Shown here piece by piece: positions 1 through 8,240 of a stretch of 64,000 nucleotides of DNA. Under the pieces are notes generated by a model that searched no databases, had not been told where the DNA came from, and saw only the letters and a list, made by a program, of their open reading frames with translations. The stretch lies in the NCBI GenBank assembly GCA_021463645.1, contig JAJTYI010000009.1, positions 189,269-253,268 on the forward strand, given 5' to 3'. This DNA is from a bacterium. GTDB lineage: Bacteria; Patescibacteriota; Dojkabacteria; B142; OLB20. Every line of letters begins with the position of its first letter. Position 1 is the first letter of the stretch. Both the position numbers and the translations under genes were made by a program.

Positions 1-1
1 C

Positions 2-244
2 AAAATCTTAGGATTAAAAGGTAAACAAATCGGTAATGCAAAAATCTCAGAGAAACATGCAGCATTCATAGAAACTCAACCAGGAGCATCATCAGACGAT
101 GTTTTGGGTCTTTTTGAGATCATATACGAAGAATCAAAAAAGAAGCTTGGAATCACACCTAGAACTGAAATTTTCTTTCTCGGTTTTGAAGAATCTGAAG
201 TAAATAAGTATTCTAGTACAAAACACGAATCTACCAACCTATAG
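2..244 (+). CDS. murB: UDP-N-acetylmuramate dehydrogenase, C-terminal fragment (runs in from window edge)
   Basis: Manual translation from base 2: KILGLKGKQIGNAKISEKHAAFIE...GITPRTEIFFLG..., stop TAG 242-244. Matches the MurB C-terminal GLKG-x-IG-x-A-x-ISEKHA motif. Not in the ORF track. Confidence 0.85.
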   Translation, partial: KILGLKGKQIGNAKISEKHAAFIETQPGASSDDVLGLFEIIYEESKKKLGITPRTEIFFLGFEESEVNKYSSTKHESTNL

Positions 245-331
245 TTTTTCACACCCGACAGACCTGCATATCCCATAGTTTTATTATTTCGAAACACACT
301 ACCCCTGGCTACTTTTCAAATATCCGAAGAG

Positions 332-387
332 TGGACAAATACTTTTCTGATTAGTATAATGATTATGTCATGAAGAATAATATGACA
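332..387 (+). promoter_or_regulatory. Sigma70-type promoter and candidate operator of the toxin-antitoxin operon
   Basis: TGGACA(332-337)-17 nt-TATAAT(355-360). Inverted repeat TGTCAT(366-371)-N10-ATGACA(382-387) overlaps the start region. Confidence 0.6.
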
Positions 388-624
388 ACTAAATTAGCCG
401 TAAGGCTTGAGCCCGAGGAGAAAGATCTCCTTTTTTATTTTGCCAGTAAATTGGGTGTTTCTCCGTCTGCATTAATACGCAATCAAATCAAGGTGTTATT
501 AAAGGAAATGGAGGAAAAGCTTACCGATAAATACTATTTACAACTCACCTCTTTGGAGTCCTACAAAGGCCCCACATATTCACAAGAGGACATAGAGAAA
601 TTATTTGAGATAAAACAATCATGA
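370..624 (+). CDS. Ribbon-helix-helix (RelB/DUF6290-like) antitoxin
   Basis: N-terminal KLAVRLEPEEK...LGVSPSALIRN RHH pattern, acidic C-terminus, ATGA overlap with a RelE-like gene. True start may be ATG 382. Confidence 0.7.
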   Translation: MKNNMTTKLAVRLEPEEKDLLFYFASKLGVSPSALIRNQIKVLLKEMEEKLTDKYYLQLTSLESYKGPTYSQEDIEKLFEIKQS

Positions 625-896
625 ATATAGTGTACTCCAACAAAGCTAAAGACGATTTAGCTCGAATCGATTGGCGCATTAGGACCAAGATTATCAATGA
701 ATTGGGCGCAATCAGTGAAGCGAAATATTCACGAAGAATTCCCCTAAAGAAGCTTCACGGTAGCGAACTAGTCAAAACCACTTTAGAAAAACACGTAATT
801 GTTGGCGAAGCAAATGGAAAATTACTCAACATCCTATCGGTCTTCAGACAACAGAAACTGAAACCATCTGGCGTAAAATTTGTCCAGGCAGACTAA
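621..896 (+). CDS. RelE/ParE-family toxin-like protein (divergent)
   Basis: MNIVYSNKAKDDLARID...KKLHG is the typical RelE N-terminus; 91 aa; translationally coupled to the antitoxin. Confidence 0.7.
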   Translation: MNIVYSNKAKDDLARIDWRIRTKIINELGAISEAKYSRRIPLKKLHGSELVKTTLEKHVIVGEANGKLLNILSVFRQQKLKPSGVKFVQAD

Positions 897-932
897 AAAC
901 TGTATCATTAATTAATAATCCAACAAATTTAC

Positions 933-1886
933 ATGAGAAGAAGATCTCAGCTAAGTGAACTTAACGAAAGTCAATCCTTAATTTGGGTAATAATTTTTTT
1001 ATCAGTCATCATATCCGCAGCCATACTCATCATATCTAAGGTTTACCTTGATAGAACTTCCGAACCAATCCCAACAACGCCTTCAATTAACATTCAATCA
1101 GATAATTTCCCAACTATACAGTTAGGGCATTACGCTATGTGGGGTAAAAGAGAAGACGAAAGTGTACTACTTATTAAGAGATTCAATTCCATTGACAATC
1201 AACTCAAGAATCTAGACGGAACTGATTTAAAGGAACTTTCTCTAGATGGGTTAAGAGAAATTAATAAAATATTTGTAACCATTGAAAACGAAGGTGATAG
1301 AGATGAGATACCTAATAATTTCACCTTTATGGAAGCTGAAATTACTGAGAACATTGCGCAATTAAAATTTAGTATAGATATTCCCGAAGGGGACAATTTC
1401 TTCATTTTAGCAACCCCTACAGATGGAAATTCTACTATTAACGAACTCAGTGGGATATGGTTTAAAAAGGCAGAAAAAGACCAACCTGGATTAACCTTAC
1501 CTAATGCTCCACAATCTTTTAAATACGAAACCCGAATTAGCAATACCGTTGAAGAAAAAACACTTAATCTCGGGAGATTCGACAATGTCAGAGGAGAAGA
1601 TAATTCCAAGATCTATTCATTAAGTAACGAAGGATTTATGTATCCTGGCGAAGATTTATTAAGGAATCTGCCAGAGCCATTGGATGCTCCATTGAATCTC
1701 GCGAACGGTGATTATCAAGTTATTATTAGCTTAGAACCAGATTTAGATGGTATTGATTTAACTGGAGACGATATTTTTTTAAGTATTTTATCTACGACAA
1801 TTCCTCAAAATTCTACTGAACAGCAAAACATCCCATTGGAATTAGCTTACATACCGATCGAACTTACAATCGAAATAAATGACTAA
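933..1886 (+). CDS. Membrane-anchored extracytoplasmic hypothetical protein
   Basis: Single N-terminal TM helix. Motifs FILATPTDG, SGIWF, YPGEDLL and VIISLEP recall a conserved secreted domain often annotated anti-sigma-factor-like (recollection, unverified). Confidence 0.6.
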   Translation: MRRRSQLSELNESQSLIWVIIFLSVIISAAILIISKVYLDRTSEPIPTTPSINIQSDNFPTIQLGHYAMWGKREDESVLLIKRFNSIDNQLKNLDGTDLKELSLDGLREINKIFVTIENEGDRDEIPNNFTFMEAEITENIAQLKFSIDIPEGDNFFILATPTDGNSTINELSGIWFKKAEKDQPGLTLPNAPQSFKYETRISNTVEEKTLNLGRFDNVRGEDNSKIYSLSNEGFMYPGEDLLRNLPEPLDAPLNLANGDYQVIISLEPDLDGIDLTGDDIFLSILSTTIPQNSTEQQNIPLELAYIPIELTIEIND

Positions 1887-3660
1887 CACAATAAAACTTC
1901 TATCTCCCGACTTAATTAACAAAATTGCTGCAGGTGAGGTAGTAGAAAGACCGGCATCAATTGTCAAGGAATTAATTGAAAATTCGATTGATGCAGGAGC
2001 AGATAAAATTATCTTAAAGATTGAAAATGGTGGTATTAACTACATAGAGGTCGTTGACAATGGAACTGGAATGAGTGAAGAAGACGCTAAGTTAGCCCTT
2101 GTTCAACATGCAACTTCAAAAATTCACTCTGTTGATGACCTTAAGAATATTTATACACTGGGCTTTCGTGGAGAAGCACTTGCAAGCATTTCCAGTGTTT
2201 CAAAACTCAAAATACATACTAAATCGTCTAAAGAAAAGCCAATAATTGCCTCTACTAACGGTGAACGTATAATAGTTGCACCTGGAGATGCGAGGAATCA
2301 GGGGACTACTGTTATCGTTGAAAATATTTTTGACCAAATTCCTGCAAGAAGAAAATTCTTGAAATCTGAGCTCACCGAATATAAAAATATTTTAAATACA
2401 TTTACAAAGATCGTATTACCTCACTACCAGATTGGATTTGAATTCTATAATAATTCTAAACTCGTACACTCATTACCTAAAGTCGGTACACTAGAAAAGC
2501 GTATCCTGCAGATCCATCCCAACCTCATAGAAAAACTAATTCCTTTGGCATTTGATGATAAAGGATTACAGATATCAGGTTTTATAGGGCATCCCGAATT
2601 TAATAGGAGAGATAGTTCAATTCAGTATATATTTGTCAATAATAGAAGTGTTATGGATCCAGTTATAGCGAAGGCTGTGAAATCGGGCTTTGGTACAAAC
2701 CTTATGCATAATCAATATCCAATTTATTTTATTAATATCAAAATCGACGAAGACAAAGTAGATGTAAATGTCCACCCTAGGAAGAATGAGATTAGATTTG
2801 ATAATACCAAAGAGATTTTCAGAGTAGTTCATAACTCAGTTAGAAACGCTTTAGAAAAATATTTAAAAGAAGAAACATTTAGCAGATTTCACACAGAAAA
2901 AACAGATACGAATATCAATACAAATCAGTTTAATCATTCTGAAAAATCGCGAGAAGCCCACAATACTAAGAATTTCAAGACAGTAATCCCAAGTCAAAAT
3001 ACACAAACCAGCATAAGTTTTACGCGTAATATTCTCTCAGCGAGTAATAATATTTCGCAAGAACCCGAATTATTCGAGATTGAATCAGATATATTGCAGA
3101 TTTTCAATACTTACCTAGTAATCCAGAATGGTGATAGTGTTCAATTTATTGACCAACACGCTGCAGACGAAAGGATTAATTTCGAAAAAATTGAAAAACG
3201 ATTTAAAGAAGAGAGCACCTTACCTTCACAAAAACTACTATTGCCAGAAATTCTCAACATCTCAAAATCCGAGCAACTAATGTTACTTGAGAACAAAGAC
3301 CTGCTCTATAAATTGGGCTTTGAGTTCAAGATAAAAGGCAACAAAACAGAACTCACATCGATTCCAGAAGGTGTGTATTCAAACAATAATAATAAAATTT
3401 TCTCGGAAATCCTTGCCTCGCTTGACGAATCAAGTGACACAGTAGATAAAGAAGAGAATTCTGTTTTAAAGAAATTAATAGCTACAATCGCATGTCATAG
3501 CAGCATTCGAGCGGGACAAAAATTAGACAATTACCAAGCAAGACAAATATTTAGAGAACTATTAAAATGTTCACAACCTTATTCTTGCCCACATGGCAGG
3601 CCAATTATTTGGATTATTAATAAATCAGATCTTGAAAAAAACTTTAAACGAAAACAATAG
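1879..3660 (+). CDS. mutL: DNA mismatch repair endonuclease MutL
   Basis: IAAGEVVERPAS, ELIENSIDAGA, GFRGEAL, DVNVHP; endonuclease motifs DQHAADERINFE, ACH, CPHGRP. Confidence 0.97.
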   Translation: MTNTIKLLSPDLINKIAAGEVVERPASIVKELIENSIDAGADKIILKIENGGINYIEVVDNGTGMSEEDAKLALVQHATSKIHSVDDLKNIYTLGFRGEALASISSVSKLKIHTKSSKEKPIIASTNGERIIVAPGDARNQGTTVIVENIFDQIPARRKFLKSELTEYKNILNTFTKIVLPHYQIGFEFYNNSKLVHSLPKVGTLEKRILQIHPNLIEKLIPLAFDDKGLQISGFIGHPEFNRRDSSIQYIFVNNRSVMDPVIAKAVKSGFGTNLMHNQYPIYFINIKIDEDKVDVNVHPRKNEIRFDNTKEIFRVVHNSVRNALEKYLKEETFSRFHTEKTDTNINTNQFNHSEKSREAHNTKNFKTVIPSQNTQTSISFTRNILSASNNISQEPELFEIESDILQIFNTYLVIQNGDSVQFIDQHAADERINFEKIEKRFKEESTLPSQKLLLPEILNISKSEQLMLLENKDLLYKLGFEFKIKGNKTELTSIPEGVYSNNNNKIFSEILASLDESSDTVDKEENSVLKKLIATIACHSSIRAGQKLDNYQARQIFRELLKCSQPYSCPHGRPIIWIINKSDLEKNFKRKQ

Positions 3661-4174
3661 TATTAATGCTAATTGGAAAACAATCGCAGTCATATTTGCA
3701 TCAGCAGTATTAGGAGGTTTTTTTCTTATAATGTCAATATTCAAAACTATTGAGAATTCGCAACAAATAAAAGTTGATCCACTTCCAAACGCTAACCAAC
3801 TAGCAAAAAAACGTATAGAAATTTCATCTAATAACGAAACGCATATTTATGAAGTATACATAGCTGATAACAATCAGAGTAGGGCAACAGGTCTTATGAA
3901 TATTAAAACCATGCCAGATAACGAGGGTATGCTTTTTGTATTCCAAGAAAGTCAGAACCAATCGTTCTGGATGAAAAACACATTTATACCATTGGATATT
4001 ATTTTCTTTGATTCAAACAAAAATTTTATAAACTACCACGGAAACGCCAAACCATTGGACGAATCCATACGATACACATCCGATAGACCAGCAAAATACG
4101 TACTAGAACTCAATGCTGGTAAAGCAAAGGACCTGAATTTGAATAGCGAATCTTCCTTTAAAATTCTCGACTGA
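3593..4174 (+). CDS. DUF192 family protein with N-terminal TM helix
   Basis: RATGLM, GMLFVF, FWMKNTFIPLDIIF, YVLELNAG. True start probably downstream of 3593. Confidence 0.9.
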   Translation: MAGQLFGLLINQILKKTLNENNSINANWKTIAVIFASAVLGGFFLIMSIFKTIENSQQIKVDPLPNANQLAKKRIEISSNNETHIYEVYIADNNQSRATGLMNIKTMPDNEGMLFVFQESQNQSFWMKNTFIPLDIIFFDSNKNFINYHGNAKPLDESIRYTSDRPAKYVLELNAGKAKDLNLNSESSFKILD

Positions 4175-4325
4175 TTTCCAAGGAAAATATTTACTCTAAA
4201 AAAATCATCCTTAATATTTGACTCTTTATACAAGAGAAGAAGCCCGCCAGATAAGCTCGACCACCAGAGTGTATCAACGGTGTACAAATTCCTACAACAC
4301 CGCAATAATTACTGTACAAATATTC

Positions 4326-4355
4326 TTGACAAAGGTGTGTTTTGTCTGGTAAATT
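4326..4355 (+). promoter_or_regulatory. Sigma70-type promoter with extended -10
   Basis: TTGACA(4326-4331), 18-nt spacer ending TGG, TAAATT(4350-4355). Confidence 0.5.
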
Positions 4356-4405
4356 GTTACTACAATTAAATATAAGCAAAAGGCAGTAAAAATAGTTAAA
4401 AGTGC

Positions 4406-4441
4406 AAGCAAAAATGTCTCCGCAAGGAGGCATTTTTGTTT
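4406..4441. terminator. Intrinsic terminator, probably bidirectional
   Basis: AAGCAAAAATGTCTCC-GCAA-GGAGGCATTTTTGTTT: long stem, GNRA loop, A-tract before and T-tract after. Confidence 0.75.
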
Positions 4442-4531
4442 CTATTCAACTTTCCACAAAATATTATAAAGTTTTATTAACTTCAGAAAATATCATATAA
4501 TGATTTGTTCCTTAATTAATCAATTTTATCC

Positions 4532-5128
4532 ATGAGCTACCTTGTCCCTACTATTATTGAAAAATCCAGAGATGGAGAGAGAGCATACGACATCTATTCA
4601 AGACTACTTAAAGAAAGAATAATTTTCCTCGGAACAGGCATAGATGACCAAGTCGCAAATGCTGTAATTGCACAATTATTATTTCTAGAAAAGGAAGATA
4701 AAGAGAAAGATATCACCATGTACATAAATTGCCCTGGTGGAGTGATATATTCTGGTCTTGCGATACTTGACACCATGAACTACATAAAGCCAGACATAGT
4801 TACATTTGCTTTTGGGACAGCTGCTTCCTTTGGAACTGTTATCTTATCAGCAGGAACAAAAGGCAAGAGATTTGCACTACCAAATACCATGATACATATG
4901 CACCAACCACTTGTAAGTGGAGGTATCTCCGGTCAGGCTAGCGATATAGAGATTGAAGCAAAAGAGATCCTTAGATTAAAGGATTTACTTACAAAAATTC
5001 TTGCTGATAATACTGGGCAGAGTTACGAACAGATCGTAAAAGATAGTGATAGAGATAAGCATATGACTGCAGAGACAGCAAAAACATATGGGTTGATTGA
5101 TAAAATAATCAAAAACCGACCAAATTAG
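4532..5128 (+). CDS. clpP: ATP-dependent Clp protease proteolytic subunit
   Basis: [31 protein letters not shown] (catalytic Ser), IHMHQP, DRD. Confidence 0.97.
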   Translation: MSYLVPTIIEKSRDGERAYDIYSRLLKERIIFLGTGIDDQVANAVIAQLLFLEKEDKEKDITMYINCPGGVIYSGLAILDTMNYIKPDIVTFAFGTAASFGTVILSAGTKGKRFALPNTMIHMHQPLVSGGISGQASDIEIEAKEILRLKDLLTKILADNTGQSYEQIVKDSDRDKHMTAETAKTYGLIDKIIKNRPN

Positions 5129-5178
5129 TTTACAATTTGCGACTGAATGATTGATAATCACTACAGTCGATTTAGTAT

Positions 5179-5514
5179 GGGTAGTTAGCTCAGTCCCGCC
5201 ACTTCTTAATGAAGTGGGCGAGGACCCTCTCTTTTAAACAAAATCAAAGATTTTGATAAAAGAAGGGCTGGTAGTACAGTTATTAGTGTGGGTGGTTAGC
5301 TCAGCTGGTAGAGCATTCGCTTGACGTGCGAAAGGTCACAAGTTCGAATCTTGTACCACCCACACTAGTAGTTGTATGACGTGCGATCTGCCTTCGCCAA
5401 GGCTTCGGTAGATAAGTAGGTGACAGGTTCGTAAGTGAAGGGTTAGTGAATACAAGCGAAGCGTAGTATGAACTTACCTGAACAGTGCACGGAGTGTGAA
5501 TCCTGTACTACCCA
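5179..5514 (+). other. Fragmented outer tRNA-Val(GAC)-like shell with four structured insertions, one containing an intact tRNA-Val
   Basis: Colinear tRNA pieces: GGGTAGTTAGCTCAG(5179-5193), CTGGTAG(5268-5274), TGACGTGCGA(5377-5386), AGGTGACAGGTTC(5418-5430), GAATCCTGTACTACCCA(5498-5514). Acceptor stem GGGTAGT/ACTACCC and T-stem ACAGG/CCTGT pair perfectly. Confidence 0.8.
5290..5362 (+). tRNA. tRNA-Val (anticodon GAC)
   Basis: Full cloverleaf: acceptor GGGTGGT/ACCACCC, D-stem GCTC/GAGC, anticodon stem TTCGC/GCGAA with GAC at 5323-5325, T-arm ACAAG-TTCGAAT-CTTGT, discriminator A. CCA not encoded. Confidence 0.97.
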
Positions 5515-5621
5515 TATTGGTGAAGAAATAATAGATTGAAAGACAATTAAACAACATGTTTATTATAAGTAGAGATTTATCAGAAAAATTGAAAATTTAA
5601 ATATTACCAACAGAACCTCAT

Positions 5622-7367
5622 ATGAATACTGCTCAACTACAAAACCTAGAGAAGCAACGTCACAGTTTAGCGCATGTTTTGGCTTACGCTGTGAAAAGAA
5701 TATTCCCTGATGTAAAGATTGGAATCGGACCGGTTACGGATACGGGTTTTTATTATGAATTTGATACTGACCACAAATTCACTCACGAAGATTTAACAAA
5801 TATTGAGGCCGAGATGAATGAAATCATTGAGGAAAACATCCCCTTCACAAACATTGTAATACCTAAAGATCAAGCGTTACAGACACTTCTTCAATTAGGA
5901 GAAACATACAAAACTGAACTCTTGAATAAAATTCCCGATGCAGAAGTAAGTTTCTATAAAACTGGAGATGATTTTATTGATCTCTGTAGAGGTCCTCATG
6001 TTAAAAGCACTGGAGAGTTGGATCACTTTAAACTAACTAAAATTACGAAAAATTACTGGATGAACGATTCTTCCAGACCTCTTTTACAGAGAATCCACGG
6101 TGTGGCTTTCGAAACAAAAAAGAAATTAAACGACTATCTTGAAAACTTAAAGAAACTTAGTGAGATAAATAGCATATTGATTGCTCAGAAATTAAATTAT
6201 CTAATCATTGAAAACGACAAAGATGTTTCATCTCCAATATGGCTAAAAGACGGAATAATACTTCAACAAAATCTCACCAGATTTCTTGAGGAACAAATGA
6301 TCGAGTTTGACTTCGAGCTAATGCAACCACCTTGGGTCACAAACAAACCAGCATTCTTGGTCGAAAAATTTCCTGAGTTTATGCAAACTACGCAAATAAA
6401 AGGAACTCAAAATTCTAAAGATGTTTTTTATAGAAATAATCTACGAAGCTTCCTAGTTGAAAGAGCGACTACAAGTTATAACTCCAACAAAGATTCTGCC
6501 ATTTTAAATATCGGTTCTGTTTCCAAGACATTTCAGGGCAATTTACATAATTCTAACGAAATGAAAATCGAGCATCTCGAAGATTTTCTTGAAACAACAG
6601 ATGCACAAGTAATTAGTATTGTAGACGATGAAAACTTAAAAGACTCTCTGACCGAAAATATAAGGTTAATAGGAACCACCCTTAAAGCCCTTGGATTCAG
6701 TCAATTCAAAACCATTTTAGATATCCCAGATTATCAAGATCTTACAAAATATATTTATGACGAAGGACTGTGGGAAAAAAGTATTTCTAACTTAAAAGAA
6801 TTACTTTTAGAACTCAAAATTCCGTCAAGAATTAGAGAAGGGAAGACCGATTTTTATGGACCCAAATTAACTATTGAAGTAAAAGATAAATACTCTAGAA
6901 GCTGGGAAGTATCAAATATTACGCTAGATCCAATACTCCCCACAAAACTACTCTCAGAAGACAAGAAACAATTATATTTTATTCACACAGATATAATAGT
7001 AAATATTGAAAGATTAATCGATTTATTACTAGAACACGGAGAGGGTTCACTTCCACTTTGGGTAGAGCCCGTACAGGTCGAGATCATAGCGCTCGAGAGT
7101 AAATATAACCATAAAGCAATAAAAGTATTGAGGGAATTAAAAAAAGAGAATTTACGAGTAGAATTTAATCAAAACTCAACCAACCCTGAAAGACAAATAT
7201 CAGATTCTATGAGTAGACGTACACCATACTTGATAATAATCGGAGAAAAAGAAGCCAATACTGATTCAATTTCCGTAAAGGCTAATGGACAAGACATAGG
7301 TTTGATGAGGATAAATGAATTTGTAAACAAAATTGAACAAGAAATAGCTTTGGAACTAGACCTTTAA
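5622..7367 (+). CDS. thrS: Threonyl-tRNA synthetase-like protein: intact editing domain, degenerate catalytic domain
   Basis: RHSLAHVL, GFYYEFD, DLCRGPHV, LQRIHG, FYGPK, PLWVEPVQV, IIGEKE; canonical position before infC. KPMNCP, the motif 2 R-x-E and the DxH zinc ligand are absent. Confidence 0.85.
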   Translation: MNTAQLQNLEKQRHSLAHVLAYAVKRIFPDVKIGIGPVTDTGFYYEFDTDHKFTHEDLTNIEAEMNEIIEENIPFTNIVIPKDQALQTLLQLGETYKTELLNKIPDAEVSFYKTGDDFIDLCRGPHVKSTGELDHFKLTKITKNYWMNDSSRPLLQRIHGVAFETKKKLNDYLENLKKLSEINSILIAQKLNYLIIENDKDVSSPIWLKDGIILQQNLTRFLEEQMIEFDFELMQPPWVTNKPAFLVEKFPEFMQTTQIKGTQNSKDVFYRNNLRSFLVERATTSYNSNKDSAILNIGSVSKTFQGNLHNSNEMKIEHLEDFLETTDAQVISIVDDENLKDSLTENIRLIGTTLKALGFSQFKTILDIPDYQDLTKYIYDEGLWEKSISNLKELLLELKIPSRIREGKTDFYGPKLTIEVKDKYSRSWEVSNITLDPILPTKLLSEDKKQLYFIHTDIIVNIERLIDLLLEHGEGSLPLWVEPVQVEIIALESKYNHKAIKVLRELKKENLRVEFNQNSTNPERQISDSMSRRTPYLIIIGEKEANTDSISVKANGQDIGLMRINEFVNKIEQEIALELDL

Positions 7368-7479
7368 GCGGTCCCAAACCATTGAAAAATTGCATTTGTT
7401 CTGTTAATATCAATGTGCTGACAGATTGTTGCTGTTGGTTTTGTTGTGATTAGAACATCAAATATTTAATATTTTTTTT

Positions 7480-8061
7480 ATTAGAACGATAAATAAACAA
7501 TACTTTTCAAGAGAAAGGGATACATTGATAGAAAAATATTCTATGAATGACCAGATAAAAAGTCCCGAGTTACTTGTGATTGATGAAGAAGGAGAAAGTC
7601 TAGGAGTAATCAGCCTGGCTAAAGCTTTAGAAATAGCTAGAGAAAGAGAACTTGATTTGATAGAGGTTGCTGCTAAAGCTAATCCACCTGTAGGTAAAAT
7701 CATGTCTTGGTCAAAATTCAAGTACCAACAGGAAAAAAAGCGAAAAGAGAACAAGGGCAAAGGTGTTGAAATAAAAGAGATGTGGTTTAAATCCTTCATT
7801 GGAGATGGTGATTTAGCCCACAAGCTAACCAAAGTAGAAGAATTCTTAGCAAAGAAACACCCTGTTAAGATAACAATCAAGGCAAAAGGTAGGGTTGCTA
7901 GAGAACAACTTGAATCAGTATTAAATAAAGTACTTACTAATCTGGAAGGTAAAATAGAATATGACCAACCAGCTAAATTTTATGGCAGAGATCTTTCATT
8001 AATAGTTAGACCTGTTAAGAAAACAATTAATAACGATGAAAAACAAACAAAAAACACATAA
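7480..8061 (+). CDS. infC: Translation initiation factor IF-3
   Basis: NDQIKSPELLVIDEEGESLG, LDLIEVA, PPVGKIM, KFKYQQEKK. Start uncertain: in-frame ATT 7480, ATA 7489, TTG 7525, ATG 7543. Confidence 0.93.
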   Translation: MRTINKQYFSRERDTLIEKYSMNDQIKSPELLVIDEEGESLGVISLAKALEIARERELDLIEVAAKANPPVGKIMSWSKFKYQQEKKRKENKGKGVEIKEMWFKSFIGDGDLAHKLTKVEEFLAKKHPVKITIKAKGRVAREQLESVLNKVLTNLEGKIEYDQPAKFYGRDLSLIVRPVKKTINNDEKQTKNT

Positions 8062-8236
8062 AGCAACAGCCAAAAGGTTTCGAGTAACCAGGAAAGGCAA
8101 AATTATGCACAATAGACAAGGTGATAATGCTCATTTGAAAGCAAATAAAACTTCACAGCAAAAAGCTAGAAAAAAGGGCAAAAGCTCTCTAGGAAGCAAA
8201 ACAGAGTCTAAGAAAATTATTAGTTTATTATCGTAA
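8036..8236 (+). CDS. rpmI: 50S ribosomal protein L35
   Basis: KQKTHKATAKRFRVTRKGKI; synteny infC-rpmI-rplT. Confidence 0.95.
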   Translation: MKNKQKTHKATAKRFRVTRKGKIMHNRQGDNAHLKANKTSQQKARKKGKSSLGSKTESKKIISLLS

Positions 8237-8240
8237 TTAA

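Noticed and set aside
76-297. 73-aa minus-strand ORF from the track
   Set aside because: Antisense shadow of the murB 3' end, which has clear motifs on the plus strand.
4191-4433. 80-aa minus-strand ORF in the DUF192-clpP gap
   Set aside because: Starts inside the terminator hairpin, has atypical composition and no motif; non-coding explanations fit better.
5179-5514. Group I/II intron, T-box leader for thrS, or prophage att site as explanation of the split tRNA
   Set aside because: The inserts are only about 30-100 nt with no intron core, there is no T-box consensus or terminator before thrS, no integrase is adjacent, and the outer copy covers both tRNA ends.
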